NCBI GenBank assembly: GCA_965223505.1
Contig: CBDCWP010000021.1
Span: 352,001 to 416,000 of the forward strand
DNA length: 64,000 nucleotides
Source: Planctomycetota bacterium
Lineage (GTDB): Bacteria; Planctomycetota; PLA2; JAEUHO01
Direction of reading: 5' to 3'
A program made the position numbers and the translations under genes. Shown here one piece after another: positions 41,901 through 52,015 of the stretch. How positions within the stretch are numbered: the stretch's first letter is position 1; the number at the start of each line of letters is the position of its first letter. The notes under the pieces were generated by a model. That model worked only from the letters and a program-made list of their open reading frames with translations. It searched no databases and was not told the origin of the DNA.

Positions 41901-42827
41901 CGATCCCTCGGCGTCATCCGGACCCGCGCGCGAGCCCGCATCGGCTACGGCGTGGCGCAGTCGTACCTCGGCGACCTCGAAGGCGCGGAGAGCGTGTTCG
42001 ACGCCGTGGTCGAGGAGCACCCCAAGTTCGCTCTCGCGCGGCGGTGGCTCGCCGACACGCTGGTCGCGCGCGGAAAGCTCGCCGCTGCGATCGAGCACTA
42101 CCGGGCGTACGTGAAATTGGTGTCGGACGCGGATGCGGTCGTCCCCCATCTCCGCCTGGGGATGTTGCTCCTGTCGGTCGGCCGAGCCGATGATGCCGTC
42201 GAGCATCTCGAGGCACATCACCGCCTCGCGTACGGCTCGGAGGGCACAACGGCATCCTCGGCCGCGTGGCAGCGGGATATCGAGACGCTGAAGCGCCTGG
42301 CTACCGACACGTCCGACATCCTCGCGGGCAAGCGCGAGATCGAGGCGAGCGAACAAGTGCTCCTCGGGATGCTGCTGCACGAGTCGAACCGTACGCCGGA
42401 CGCTGCGCGCATCTACCGCGAGGCCCTCGACGCGGACCCGGACCTCGTGGCACGCACGCTGTACGGGTCGACGGCGTGGCGTGTCGGGGCGCTCGCCGCG
42501 CAGGCCGCCGCGCAAGCCGCGTCCGGCAGGGGTCGGGCACCGGGCACGGTCAACGCGGAGGAGGCCGCGCGCCTGCACGCCGAAGCGCGCACCCGTCTGC
42601 GCGCGGAGCTCCAGTGGGCGACGGATGAGCTTGAGGCCCACGGCAGGGAGTCGGCGGCTCACATCGTCACCACACTCCTCGCCTGGCGCAACGGCTTCGC
42701 GAGCGCGTGCTTCGGCGCCGCAGCGGACGCGATGACGCTGGAGGACCGTCAGGCCTGGGACGCACTCTGGCAGGACGTAACCGCCCTCCTACGACACGCC
42801 CATGAGGTGGCACAACCGACCCGATAG
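38982..42827 (+). CDS. Ser/Thr protein kinase with TPR
   Basis: ATG 38982 overlaps the sigma stop; [29 protein letters not shown], TPRs. Confidence 0.92.
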   Translation: MTQDQDAGPQDHEGRDELDAALAEAFGRDDDSSGASILDRLAAQAHVAPRIRLREAPSGPATSASDGGDVTRNRGKYRIHGEVARGGVGVVLKGYDADLGRDVAMKLLHTQHQDNGEMIERFVEEAQIGAQLQHPGIVPVYDLGLDEDRPFFTMKLIRGRTLSSVLRERPSVERGQRRFVGIFEQICQTVAYAHARGVIHRDLKPSNVMVGAFGEVQIVDWGLGKVLLGGDDKPRARRETKEGSVATVRTQVEGSSSAVGSAMGTPGYMPPEQALGATEDMDERADVFSLGAILAEILTGQPPYAAPEPMERLRMARNAELDECMARLDACGADAELVELARDCLAPARNLRPRHAKEVADRVLAHLESIEERKRAAELAATEQRIVADEERKRRKLTVGLAAVILTGVLGGGWLAKDRLDRQQRDVLTAKDRIARLTTLAAEARASGSLAAWEAAAEAATGTGDLLERLDVAPDIRAQAGVVVADITAGREAAIAADATQRLEARTAAALETIRARIGGGYALAEVEARFRAAFEGLGLDVEHTAEADCAERIEASGIRGELCDALDEWAEACVRMTGDGAERAARFARIADLSDSEPLRRQLRAARGDAAAVKALVNQSDPVVLSPGSVVQLAGALAATAGLDEALAYMRRAQLQHPEDFWINFRLGRWLSDAGKQADLQEAVGFLRAAIAAQPENPVPHHVLGIVHQRQRAWDEALAALELAFALEPENRILNAQLYEIREKLGLLDRTLADLQQQEETALTAWRIGVVYRIRRQFADAAKQFRRATELDDTFVQAWRGLGFSLRRRGQLKEASVALARATDLAPENAHVWLILGETYGGQQRWDEAIEAYERAVQAEPTWPWFRLRLATVLVRSGRNPSAALAQYEEMRRLHPDAEGMIDLENGLASVLKDAGRDDDARAIATRSIGRCENRLNDPTQSDEQRASLWELIGSLRMNVLQDYRGGADAMERSLGVIRTRARARIGYGVAQSYLGDLEGAESVFDAVVEEHPKFALARRWLADTLVARGKLAAAIEHYRAYVKLVSDADAVVPHLRLGMLLLSVGRADDAVEHLEAHHRLAYGSEGTTASSAAWQRDIETLKRLATDTSDILAGKREIEASEQVLLGMLLHESNRTPDAARIYREALDADPDLVARTLYGSTAWRVGALAAQAAAQAASGRGRAPGTVNAEEAARLHAEARTRLRAELQWATDELEAHGRESAAHIVTTLLAWRNGFASACFGAAADAMTLEDRQAWDALWQDVTALLRHAHEVAQPTR

Positions 42828-43000
42828 CGTCGCGGCGCAGAAGGTGGAACGCACGCTCTGTCCGTCATGTCGGAGTCCACTTCGGCCGGTTGCGCGTCCG
42901 AACTATGCGAACCGTTCGGAGACCCGCGAGTTAGGCAGGGGCGGCACGCCGGGACCCCGGCCGCCCCCCCCTACGACCCTGCCACGACGTGACTCGCTCT

Positions 43001-43534
43001 CTACTCGGCCAAGCAGAGTGTGCCCGTCCATTTGCCGCGAATCAGGTCGTTGTCTTCTCCAGGGATCGTAGCCTGCCCACCCTCGCCGTTGGCCGACCCT
43101 GTGGCTCCGGCGAAGCGCCCGGTTCCTCCGACCACGAGCATGAACAGGTCGAATCGCGGCCAGTTCTCGTCCACGACGTCGAACGCGCCCTGGATGGTTG
43201 AGAGCGCCCACAGCTCATCACCGTTCTTGTCTGTGAACGTGATCTCGGCGAAACCACGGACAATGGGCGCGCCGGTCTTCGGATCGATACCGACGATCAC
43301 ACTCAGGGTCTTGTCCACCTCGAGCCGTGCTGTGAACCTACCCAGGACGGTCGCCACACGCGACATCGCAGCGAGTTCCCTCGTCGGGTCGGGCTGCGGG
43401 ACGATGGTGCCGTGCCCGACTCCGTCGAAGCGAACTGCACCGTCACCACCGGCGTGGGACACGCTCCCACTTGCCGCTACGGCCAGACATACCGAGACAA
43501 ACACTGCACTCTTCAGGACTCTACTGACTATCAC
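43001..43534 (-). CDS. Hypothetical secreted beta-barrel-like protein
   Basis: Signal peptide, GGAGG RBS, VVGGTGRFAGATG motif (dirigent/allene-oxide-cyclase-like). Confidence 0.6.
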   Translation of the reverse strand: MIVSRVLKSAVFVSVCLAVAASGSVSHAGGDGAVRFDGVGHGTIVPQPDPTRELAAMSRVATVLGRFTARLEVDKTLSVIVGIDPKTGAPIVRGFAEITFTDKNGDELWALSTIQGAFDVVDENWPRFDLFMLVVGGTGRFAGATGSANGEGGQATIPGEDNDLIRGKWTGTLCLAE

Positions 43535-43683
43535 TTCATGTCCTCCAGGCAGAGCGTCGTACAGACATACGATCTGACGACGCGACGATGAAATCGTCGT
43601 GCGCGACGCAAACGGTGCTCGGCACCTGAGATCGTCGCGAGCGTTTGCGACTGAGATGCGTGGGGCGGCCCGAAACGGCTACG

Positions 43684-44089
43684 CCGACGTCCGCCCGGTA
43701 CTCGTCCAACACCCGCTCGAGAATCGCGACGTCCGATTCGAACGTCTCGGGTAGCAGCGGGCCGAACGAGAAGCGGAACCAGCTCGCGTATGGCGACACG
43801 TAGGCCGGGTCCTTGTCGTGCGGCCGCGCCATGTCGCAGTCCTTGCCCTCGAGAATCGCGGCGCCGTGCTCGAACAGGCGTCGGTTCAGCTCGCTCGTAT
43901 TCAAGCCCTCCGGCAGCTTCATCCAGTGGTAGAAGCCGCCGTCGCCGGTGAAGACCTCGAGACCCATCCGTTCGAAGGCCTCGCCGTACCGGGCGCGCTG
44001 CCTGTCGTAATGGCGCTCCACCGCCTCGCGCGCCAACGCCACGCGGCTCGGCTCCAGAAGCTCGACTGCATAGTGTTGCTACGGGTGGC
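43684..44089 (-). repeat. 406-bp direct repeat copy: duplicated 3' part of the aminotransferase gene
   Basis: Near-identical to 54767-55172 (constant offset 11083), with a few substitutions (HYDRQ/HYGRQ, LNTSE/LNASE, YASW/YANW). Confidence 0.95.
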
Positions 44090-44090
44090 C

Positions 44091-46286
44091 TCATGTGGCT
44101 TGCGTGCGCAGCCGTAGGGCGTTGGCGATCACGGAGACGGAACTGAAGCTCATGGCTGCCGCCGCGATCATGGGGCTGAGGAGGATCCCGAACACGGGGT
44201 AGAGGACTCCCGCCGCGATCGGAACTCCCAGCGCGTTGTAGGCGAACGCGAAGAAGAGGTTCTGCTTGATGTTCCGCATCGTGGCGGAGCTCAGTCGTCT
44301 CGCGCGGACGATGCCGCGGAGGTCACCCTTGACGAGCGTGACGCCGGCGCTCTCCATTGCCACGTCCGTCCCCGTACCCATGGCGATCCCGACGTCGGCC
44401 GCGGCCAGCGCCGGCGCGTCGTTGATGCCGTCGCCCGCCATCGCGACGGTGGCTCCGCTGCGCTGGAGCTCCCGGACGGCGTTCACCTTGTCCTCGGGGA
44501 GCACCTCTGCCAGGACCTCGTCGAGCCCTAGCTTCGCGGCCACGGCCTCCGCCGTCTTGCGGCTGTCCCCCGTCAGCATCACGATGCGCAGCCGCTCGGC
44601 GTGAAGGCTCTGGATCGCCTCCGGCGTGGTCTCCTTGATGGGGTCGGCGACCGCAAGCACGCCCGCCGGTTTCCTATCCACGGCCGCGAGCATCACCGTC
44701 TGCCCGCTGGCGCGCATCTCGTCTGCCCGCTCGGCCATGGCCACGGAGTCCACGCCCAGGTCGTCCATCAGCTTGCGATTGCCGAGAGCGACCTCGGAGC
44801 CGGCCACGGTACCGATGACACCGCGCCCGGTCTTCGACTCGAAGCCATCGACGGCGAGGACCTCGATTGCCCTGTCCTCGGCGCCGCGAACGATGGCCTC
44901 GGCCAGGGGGTGCTCGCTCCCCCGTTCCAGGCTGGCGGCGAGTTGGAGGAGCCGTTCCTCGGGTACATCGGACATGGGGTCGACGCCGACGAGGGCGGGG
45001 CGCCCTTCCGTGAGCGTGCCCGTCTTGTCCACCACGAGGGTGTCAACCGTTCGCAGGGTCTCCACCGCCTCGGCGTTCTTGAACAGGACGCCCGCCATCG
45101 CGCCGCGCCCCGTGGCGACCATGATCGACATCGGCGTCGCGAGTCCCAGTGCGCACGGACAGGCGATGATGAGGACGGCGACGGCATTCACGATCGCGTG
45201 GGCCATCCGTGGCTCCGGGCCTACGAGCGACCAGACGACGAAGGTGATCACGGCGACGACGAGTACAGCCGGCACGAAATAGCCGGCGACAATGTCAGCC
45301 AGCTTCTGGATCGGGGCGCGGCTGCGCTGGGCCTCGCCCACCATGTGGACGATCTGCGAGAGCATCGTCTCCGCGCCCACGCGCTCGGCGCGCATCACCA
45401 GCGAACCAGTCCCGTTCACCGTGGCGCCGATGAGCGGGTCTCCGGGCGCTTTGGCAATGGCGATCGACTCGCCCGTCACCATCGACTCGTCCACGGCGCT
45501 GCGGCCATCCTCCACGACGCCGTCCACGGGTACCTTCTCGCCAGGACGGACGCGCAACCGGTCGCCAACCTGGACGTGCTCCAGGGGCACATCGGCCTCG
45601 GTTCCATCGGCCTCGATGCGTCGGGCGGTCTTGGGAGCGAGACCCAGCAGCGCCCTGATCGCAGCGCCAGTCTGGCTCCGCGCGCGCAGCTCGAGCACCT
45701 GTCCCAGGAGGACGAGCGTGACGATCACCGCCGCCGCCTCGAAGTAGACCGCGACGGTCCCGTCTTCTGATCGGAAGGACTCCGGGAAGATCCCCGGTAG
45801 GGCCGTCGCGACGAGGCTGTACGCATACGCGACACCGACGCCCAGCGCGATGAGTGTGAACATGTTGAGGTGGCGCGTTCGCACCGATTGCCAGCCACGC
45901 AGGAAGAAGGGCGCGGCGCCCCAGAGGATCACCGGCGTCGTCAGGACCAACGAGATCCAGGCGACCGTCTGTGCGGAGAAGAGGCCCTCAAATGGGCGGC
46001 CCGGAATGAGATCGCCCATCGCCAGGAGGAACACCGGCACCGTGAGGATGGCGCTCACCCAGAATCGGCGCTGCATGTCGTGCAGCTCGTGGTCAGCCGC
46101 CTCGTCGTCGGCTCCGCCGATGAGCTCGAGGGCCATGCCACAGATCGGGCAGATCCCCGGACCCTCCTCCTGGATCTCTGGATGCATGGGGCAGGTCCAG
46201 ACACCACCCGCTGCCTGCGGGGACGGCTGCGGGATCTGCACGCGGTTCTCGTCGTGGCAACAGTCGTGTTCGTGTGACTCAGCCAC
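44091..46286 (-). CDS. copA: Copper-translocating P1B-type ATPase
   Basis: N-terminal [39 protein letters not shown] and MSFSS Cu(I)-type motifs. Confidence 0.93.
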   Translation of the reverse strand: MAESHEHDCCHDENRVQIPQPSPQAAGGVWTCPMHPEIQEEGPGICPICGMALELIGGADDEAADHELHDMQRRFWVSAILTVPVFLLAMGDLIPGRPFEGLFSAQTVAWISLVLTTPVILWGAAPFFLRGWQSVRTRHLNMFTLIALGVGVAYAYSLVATALPGIFPESFRSEDGTVAVYFEAAAVIVTLVLLGQVLELRARSQTGAAIRALLGLAPKTARRIEADGTEADVPLEHVQVGDRLRVRPGEKVPVDGVVEDGRSAVDESMVTGESIAIAKAPGDPLIGATVNGTGSLVMRAERVGAETMLSQIVHMVGEAQRSRAPIQKLADIVAGYFVPAVLVVAVITFVVWSLVGPEPRMAHAIVNAVAVLIIACPCALGLATPMSIMVATGRGAMAGVLFKNAEAVETLRTVDTLVVDKTGTLTEGRPALVGVDPMSDVPEERLLQLAASLERGSEHPLAEAIVRGAEDRAIEVLAVDGFESKTGRGVIGTVAGSEVALGNRKLMDDLGVDSVAMAERADEMRASGQTVMLAAVDRKPAGVLAVADPIKETTPEAIQSLHAERLRIVMLTGDSRKTAEAVAAKLGLDEVLAEVLPEDKVNAVRELQRSGATVAMAGDGINDAPALAAADVGIAMGTGTDVAMESAGVTLVKGDLRGIVRARRLSSATMRNIKQNLFFAFAYNALGVPIAAGVLYPVFGILLSPMIAAAAMSFSSVSVIANALRLRTQAT

Positions 46287-46439
46287 GCGACACTCCGATC
46301 GACCCCTTGCGGATCAACAGGGGAGGAAGATGGGAGTGCCGGTGCGGCCAATCCGCGCCGCGGTAGACAACCGCGGACCCGAACCGCAACCCGGAGGCGA
46401 TACACACCGCTCCGACGCCGGCACTCGCCCAAGTCGAAC

Positions 46440-47939
46440 TCACTTCTTCGCCTCCGTAACCGGGCGCCCAACCGCGCCCTCGAGACGGGCCTTCGACGCG
46501 TGGATGTCCCGCACGGCTCGATCGGCCTCGAGCTGGAACCGCAGCCAGCGCCGCAGCGAGTCCACGACGTTCAGGAACTCGACGCGATCCGCCGCGTAGC
46601 CTGCCGCGGCATCCCGGTACGCCTGCTCCGCCTGGGAGAGTTGCACATCGCGGTAGAGCTTGTAGAGCCGTTGCGCCGTCTCGAGTTCGGCGAGAGAGCT
46701 CTGCACGGCGAAGGCGGTCTTGTTCCGTGCGGCCTCCGCACGCGCCTCCGCCGCGCGGGAGGACTCCCGCGCCTCCCTGAGGTACGCTTCCTTGGTCCCG
46801 AACCAGGGATCGGGCTTGATCTTCGGGCGCGTACTGAACGGCTCACGCTCCTTGTCGCTTCCGCCCGTGGCGTGTGACGGATCCTCCATCGTGCTGAGTC
46901 CCGGAGAGAGCGGCGGGTAGGCGGTCTGCTCCGCCAACTCGATCATTGTCTGCATGCGGCGCACCCGAGCCTCTGCGACCTGAACGTCGGGCTGGCTATT
47001 CAGGGCCTTCCCGCGCAGCCGGCTCGGCTCCACCGGCAAGCCGGGAACTGCCGTCGGTGACGGCGGCCCGACCCGGGTGGTGGGGGGGACATCCAGCAGG
47101 CGTGCCATGTCAGCCTGGATCACTTCGCGATCCTGACGAAGCGTGACCAACTTGTTCCTTAGGTTCGAGACCTCGACCTGGACCTGGATGACGGCACCCT
47201 TGCTGCCTGTGCCCGCCTCGAGCTTGCTGCGGGCGGCATCCTCGAGCTGGCCGAGGTACTTGAGCGTGGCCTCCGAGATCCGAATGGCACGGCCGACGAA
47301 CACGTACCTCGCGAACAGGACACGCGCGTTGACGACTACATCGCGCACGGTGCCTGCGTGACGAGCCTGCGCCTCCTCGATGGAGTGCTTTACGAGTGCG
47401 GCCTTGAGCTCCAGGGAGCCGGGGAACGGGAACTTCTCGTCCATGCGCTCACCCGAGAGCGGCATGCCGACCCGCGTGTGCGACGAGCGCTGGAACGAGG
47501 CGTACTGACTCAGGATCGTGTCCAGGTACGTGACCTGGGCGTACTGGTTGACCGCGGCACGTAGCGTCAGGAAGGAGGCCCGGATCCGAGGGTTGCGTTC
47601 AAACGCCGACACCACGAGCTGACGCTCCGAGATGCCCTTGGCGAGGCTCGTCGCGAACTCGTCGCCGGCCGCAGCCCGCTGGAGAACCTCATCTTCTTCC
47701 GTGAGGTCCACGATCAGGGGGAGGCTCCCCGGCTGGGCGAGGCGCTCGTTCCACTCGTCCACGATCGCCTTCGTCTTGGCCTCGAACTCGGAGAGCTCGA
47801 GGTCCTTCGCCGCTGCGTCCGCCGCTACGGACTCGGCGGCCGCGACATGGGCGTCCACCCCCGTGGCGGTCGGAGCGATCCGGCCCGTCTGGCAGGCGGG
47901 TACCAGGAGGATCACTGCGAGAAGTGTCAGGCGTCTCAT
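46440..47939 (-). CDS. TolC-family outer-membrane efflux lipoprotein
   Basis: Lipobox-like LVPAC, NPRIRA, FPFPG, helical OEP repeats. Confidence 0.8.
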   Translation of the reverse strand: MRRLTLLAVILLVPACQTGRIAPTATGVDAHVAAAESVAADAAAKDLELSEFEAKTKAIVDEWNERLAQPGSLPLIVDLTEEDEVLQRAAAGDEFATSLAKGISERQLVVSAFERNPRIRASFLTLRAAVNQYAQVTYLDTILSQYASFQRSSHTRVGMPLSGERMDEKFPFPGSLELKAALVKHSIEEAQARHAGTVRDVVVNARVLFARYVFVGRAIRISEATLKYLGQLEDAARSKLEAGTGSKGAVIQVQVEVSNLRNKLVTLRQDREVIQADMARLLDVPPTTRVGPPSPTAVPGLPVEPSRLRGKALNSQPDVQVAEARVRRMQTMIELAEQTAYPPLSPGLSTMEDPSHATGGSDKEREPFSTRPKIKPDPWFGTKEAYLREARESSRAAEARAEAARNKTAFAVQSSLAELETAQRLYKLYRDVQLSQAEQAYRDAAAGYAADRVEFLNVVDSLRRWLRFQLEADRAVRDIHASKARLEGAVGRPVTEAKK

Positions 47940-49381
47940 TTCTTGTCCTCCCCGGTGCGTAGGTGACCAAGGCTGATGCCCACGAGCTGTTCGAGGCGGG
48001 CGACCATTTGCTCGTAGTCCACGAGGGCGCGCTGCGAGGCGAGTTGGAAGTTCAGCCAGACCATGCGCGCTTCGAGCAGGCGGCCGTAGGTGTCCCGGCC
48101 CGTGTCATGCCACTGCTCGGCGATCTTCAGTGCCTGCTCGGCCTGCGGGATCAGCGAGCCGTCGTACAGGCGGATGAGCCGGTCCGCGTTCTGGAGCCGG
48201 AAGTAGACCTTGCTGATGCGCGCCATCACGTCGTCGGTCGCGGCGCGCTTCTCGTGCCGGGCGGCACGTTCCAGGTAGCACGCCTCCGCTCGCTTCGCGC
48301 GGTTCTTATGACCCCAGATCGGCAGGGTGAAGCCCAGACGAAGTCCCACCGCGTCGTCGCCACTACCCGACACCGGGCCGGCCGCGTCGCCGATGAACGA
48401 GTACTGCACGCCGATCGAGAAGTCCGGCACCTGACTCAGGCGCGCCAGCCTCGTTGCGTGCTGCGCCCCGCGGATCTTGTGGACCGCTGCCTGGATCTCC
48501 TGCCGCCGGGCGCGCGCGATGCGGAACAAGTCCTCCTGGCCGGCCGAGAGCGGCCTGAAGGCGAGCGGGCGCGGCTTGCCCACGGCCCACTCGGGGCGGC
48601 GGGACAGCAAGGAGTTGATCTTCACCTTCTCGGCCTCGAGGAGCTCCTCCAACGTGATCTTGTCGTAGGCCAACTGCGCCAGCGAGGACTGGGCCTTCAA
48701 CGTGTCGAACAGCGTGAGGGTGTCCTGCTGCTCGCCGCCCTGCCTCGCGTACGCCGCCGCGGCCTTCTCGGAGAGAAGCGTCGCGAGCTTCTGGTTCTGC
48801 TCGACGATCGCGATGGCGCGATGCAGGTAGACGAGCTCCGCGTAGCTCACCTTCACCTCGGCGACCACGTCCCGCAGCGCGATGTGGTACTCGAGCTCCT
48901 TCACGCGGGCATGCTCTGTCGCGACGGCGCCGGCAGCGGAGAGCTTCCCCGGGAATGGAATCGGCTGCATGAGCTGCACCGAGCGTTCGAGCGGCCCGAC
49001 GCGGGTCTGGATCGGCTCGATCATCTCCGTGTAGGTCAGCATGGGATCCGGTAGGGCGCGCGCCTGCGTCGGTCGCTCTCGCGCCGCGAGCCATCGACTC
49101 CGGGCGGCTCCCAGTCGGGTGTTGTGCTTCGCGGCCATGCGGATGAGCTCCGCGAGGTCGAGCGCCGTGCCATCGCTCGCTGGGCGCGGCACGGTTGGCG
49201 TCGTTGCGGTCGGCTGGGCGACATTCGCTGGCGCCGGAGAGCCGTGCTGTCCGCTCACGCTCGCCGTGGGTGGCGGTGGGGGTGTGACGGGAGCCAGCGC
49301 CCCCACGCTGGTCTGGCACCCGGTGAGTACCAGCAGCGCGAGAAGCGCCCAGATCCGAGTTCGGGCTTTGGTGAAGCTCAT
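47936..49381 (-). CDS. TolC-family outer-membrane efflux lipoprotein (CusC/CzcC-like)
   Basis: ATG 49381; LTGC lipobox; ALPDPML, QPIPFPGKL, LPIW, YEQMVARLEQLVG. Confidence 0.85.
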   Translation of the reverse strand: MSFTKARTRIWALLALLVLTGCQTSVGALAPVTPPPPPTASVSGQHGSPAPANVAQPTATTPTVPRPASDGTALDLAELIRMAAKHNTRLGAARSRWLAARERPTQARALPDPMLTYTEMIEPIQTRVGPLERSVQLMQPIPFPGKLSAAGAVATEHARVKELEYHIALRDVVAEVKVSYAELVYLHRAIAIVEQNQKLATLLSEKAAAAYARQGGEQQDTLTLFDTLKAQSSLAQLAYDKITLEELLEAEKVKINSLLSRRPEWAVGKPRPLAFRPLSAGQEDLFRIARARRQEIQAAVHKIRGAQHATRLARLSQVPDFSIGVQYSFIGDAAGPVSGSGDDAVGLRLGFTLPIWGHKNRAKRAEACYLERAARHEKRAATDDVMARISKVYFRLQNADRLIRLYDGSLIPQAEQALKIAEQWHDTGRDTYGRLLEARMVWLNFQLASQRALVDYEQMVARLEQLVGISLGHLRTGEDKK

Positions 49382-49424
49382 GTGCTGGCACTCCCTCGAG
49401 CCGCGACTGTTTCTTGAGTTGCGG

Positions 49425-50189
49425 TCAGCGCTTCGGTGGCGTGTAGCCGTAGGCGACGGGCTCCGCGCGCATGCGCCGCATGTACTTCTCCGGATCCTTG
49501 TTGAATTTGGCGATGCACGGCGGACAGCAGAAGCCGATCGTCTGACCCTGGTAGGTGACGGTGCCGCCCTTCGCAACCACGAGCTTGCCCATGACGGGGC
49601 ACTTGCCGTTCGCCGTACCGTGCGTGGTCCGGGCCACGCGCATCTGGGCGTTGGTCGGTCCCGGGCGGTCGTAGGCCCACGCAAGCGGATCGGCCCGCAG
49701 CGCCTTCATGTACTTCTCGGGGTTCTTGACGAATTTCCCACGGCATCCTGGGCAGCAGAACCCGATGTTCTGTCCGCTGTACATCGTCGCACCGCCGCGC
49801 GCGATGATGGCCTTGCCCGTCAGGGGGCACCCGCCATTCGCGCACCGGAACGCGGCCTTCGCCTTCCGCATGTCGGCGACGGACGTGGTCTTCGTGACGT
49901 ACCAATATTTCGGCGGGTTCAGGCGCAGCCGGTCCATGTAGCGCGTGGGATCGGCTTCGAACGCGGCGGCAGCGTCCCTGTGCGAGAACCCGATCTTCTC
50001 GCCCTTGTAGGTGGCCGTGCCGGCGTCCGCGACGACAAGTAGCCGGTTGACGGGGCACAGCCCGTTCACGGTGCCTGCCTTTTTCGCCGCCGCCTGGAGC
50101 TGTTCGCGTGTCGGGGCCTCGCCCCAGGCGGGACCGGTCGCCAGCAGAAGTAGCGCGACAGAAAGTGTGCTGATCAGGGGTACTCGCAT
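49425..50189 (-). CDS. Secreted triple YHS/TRASH-domain metal-binding protein
   Basis: Signal peptide; three repeats N..CP..G..Y.G..IGF(CC..C)..F..(D/N)P..Y. Confidence 0.85.
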   Translation of the reverse strand: MRVPLISTLSVALLLLATGPAWGEAPTREQLQAAAKKAGTVNGLCPVNRLLVVADAGTATYKGEKIGFSHRDAAAAFEADPTRYMDRLRLNPPKYWYVTKTTSVADMRKAKAAFRCANGGCPLTGKAIIARGGATMYSGQNIGFCCPGCRGKFVKNPEKYMKALRADPLAWAYDRPGPTNAQMRVARTTHGTANGKCPVMGKLVVAKGGTVTYQGQTIGFCCPPCIAKFNKDPEKYMRRMRAEPVAYGYTPPKR

Positions 50190-50206
50190 GGTGTGCGTTC
50201 CTTCCA

Positions 50207-51290
50207 TCAGGATTCGTCTTCGGTGTGGGCCTCGGCCGGCGCGGCTTTGGCCTTGGTCTTGGAGATCGATCGCAGGATTCGGCGTTCTTCGATCGCGGAG
50301 TAGGCCATCGGCACCACGAACCACGTGATCGCGGCGACGATCATTCCCCCGATGGACGGCAGCGCCATCGGGCGCATGACGTCGCTCCCCCTGCCTTCGG
50401 TGAGGAAGATGGGGATCAGTGCGAGGATCGTGGTGACGCTCGTCATGAGCGCAGGGCGAATGCGCTTGCGGCCCGCCTCGAGCACGGCCGCGCGAACGCC
50501 CTCGACCGTGGTCGGCTTGCGTCTGCGGATGACCTGCTGGATGTAGGTGCCGATCACGATCCCGTCGTCGGCTGCGATGCCGAACACCGCGATGAACCCG
50601 ACCCACACGGCCACCGTGAGGTAGGCGCCATAGAAGTCGAGCAGGATGAACCCGCCGGAGAGCGCGACCGGAATGCCCAGAAACACGATCAGCGACGGCC
50701 CGAGCCGCCCGAAGTGGAGGAAATGCAGGAGCAGGTTCGCCAGCAGGCACAACGGAATCAGGATCGACAGCCGTTTCGCGGCCCGTACCTGATTCTGGTA
50801 CCGACCGCGCCAATCCCAGTAGACGCCGTTCGGAATCTCGATGTCGCCGCGCGCGACCATCTCCTGGAGGTGCTTGTCGGCCTCCTCGACGAGGCCGACC
50901 TCGTCTCGCCCTTGCGCGTTGAACATGACGTAGCCGACGAGCTGGCCGCCTTCTCCACGGATCATGGCCGGTCCAGCTGTGACCTCGAAGTCGGCAACGG
51001 CGGACAGGGGCACGTAGGCCCCCTTGCCCACGGGCACCGGCGTGCTGCGAATGACATCGATGTCTTCGCGCCATGCGCGCGCGTAACGCACGCGGATCGG
51101 ATACCGCTCGCGCCCCTCGACGCTGCGGGACTGCGGCATGCCGCCCAGGGCGACTTCGATGATGCGTTGCACGTCCTCGACCCGCAGGCCGTAGCGAGCC
51201 ATGCGGTGCCGGTTCGGCTTGACTTCGAGGTACGGCTTGCCCATCAGCCGCAACGCGGTGACGTCCGAGGCGCCCTTGACGTGCTTCACC
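50207..51290 (-). pseudogene. cusA: C-terminal third of a CusA/CzcA heavy-metal RND transporter
   Basis: GKPYLEV..RYGL.VEDVQ, GRERYPIRVRY, VGFIAVFGIAADDGIV, RIRPALMT, PMALPSIGGM; N-terminal two-thirds absent. Confidence 0.85.
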
Positions 51291-51802
51291 ACCTCGAACA
51301 GCACCGTTGCGCCGAGCGCAACTGGAAGTAGCACTTCTGCCAAGACGGGGAACTGCTGCGCTGCCGTCAAGGTCAGAGCGATGGCGACACCCGCCTGCGG
51401 AAGCAGCGAAGTCCCCATCCACATGCGAACGACAGGGGATGCCTTGGCTCTCGCGGTACCGAGCGCTGCACCTGCGATTCGCCCCAGCGTTCGCAGGAGG
51501 ACGTAGCCCAGTCCGAGCCACCCCACGGCGGCAAGTGCGTCGAGTTGGAGAGAAGCACCGGACAGGACGAAGAAGAGGATCATGAAGGGCCACTCGATGC
51601 CCTCGATGGTGTGGAACGGGCGCTCGTGGTGCCGAGCCACGTTGGCGACCGTGGCTCCCATGACCACGGCGGCCAGCAGGTACGAGACATGGAGCCACAG
51701 CGCGAGGCCGCCGCACAGAAACACGAAGCCGATGGCCTCGGCCTGCGTCGGCTCGCCCTTGCGTACACGGCCAGCCAGGAAGGCCATCGGGATGCCGAGG
51801 CG
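51291..51802 (-). pseudogene. Fragment of a cation:proton antiporter (Na+/H+ exchanger family) fused in frame to the cusA remnant
   Basis: VSYLLAAVVMGATVAN, EWPFMILFFVLSGASL, LLPQAGVAI, ATVLFEVV; N-terminal half absent. Confidence 0.8.
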
Positions 51803-52015
51803 ATCTTCGAGGATTGAGGTCGGGCTCTCGTCGATCGACCGGCTTCGGGGCCGGTCTCCTGCCGGGGCGGCCCTGCCACCTTCGTGGCGGACTCGTTCCT
51901 GATTCCGTCGTCGTGACGCGGCAATACGCCTCTGGAGGCTGACGATGTCGACATCCGACCTCGACTTGGCGGGGTAGAGTCGGTTGGTCCGGGCCGATGC
52001 CCGGCTTGGGGAGAG

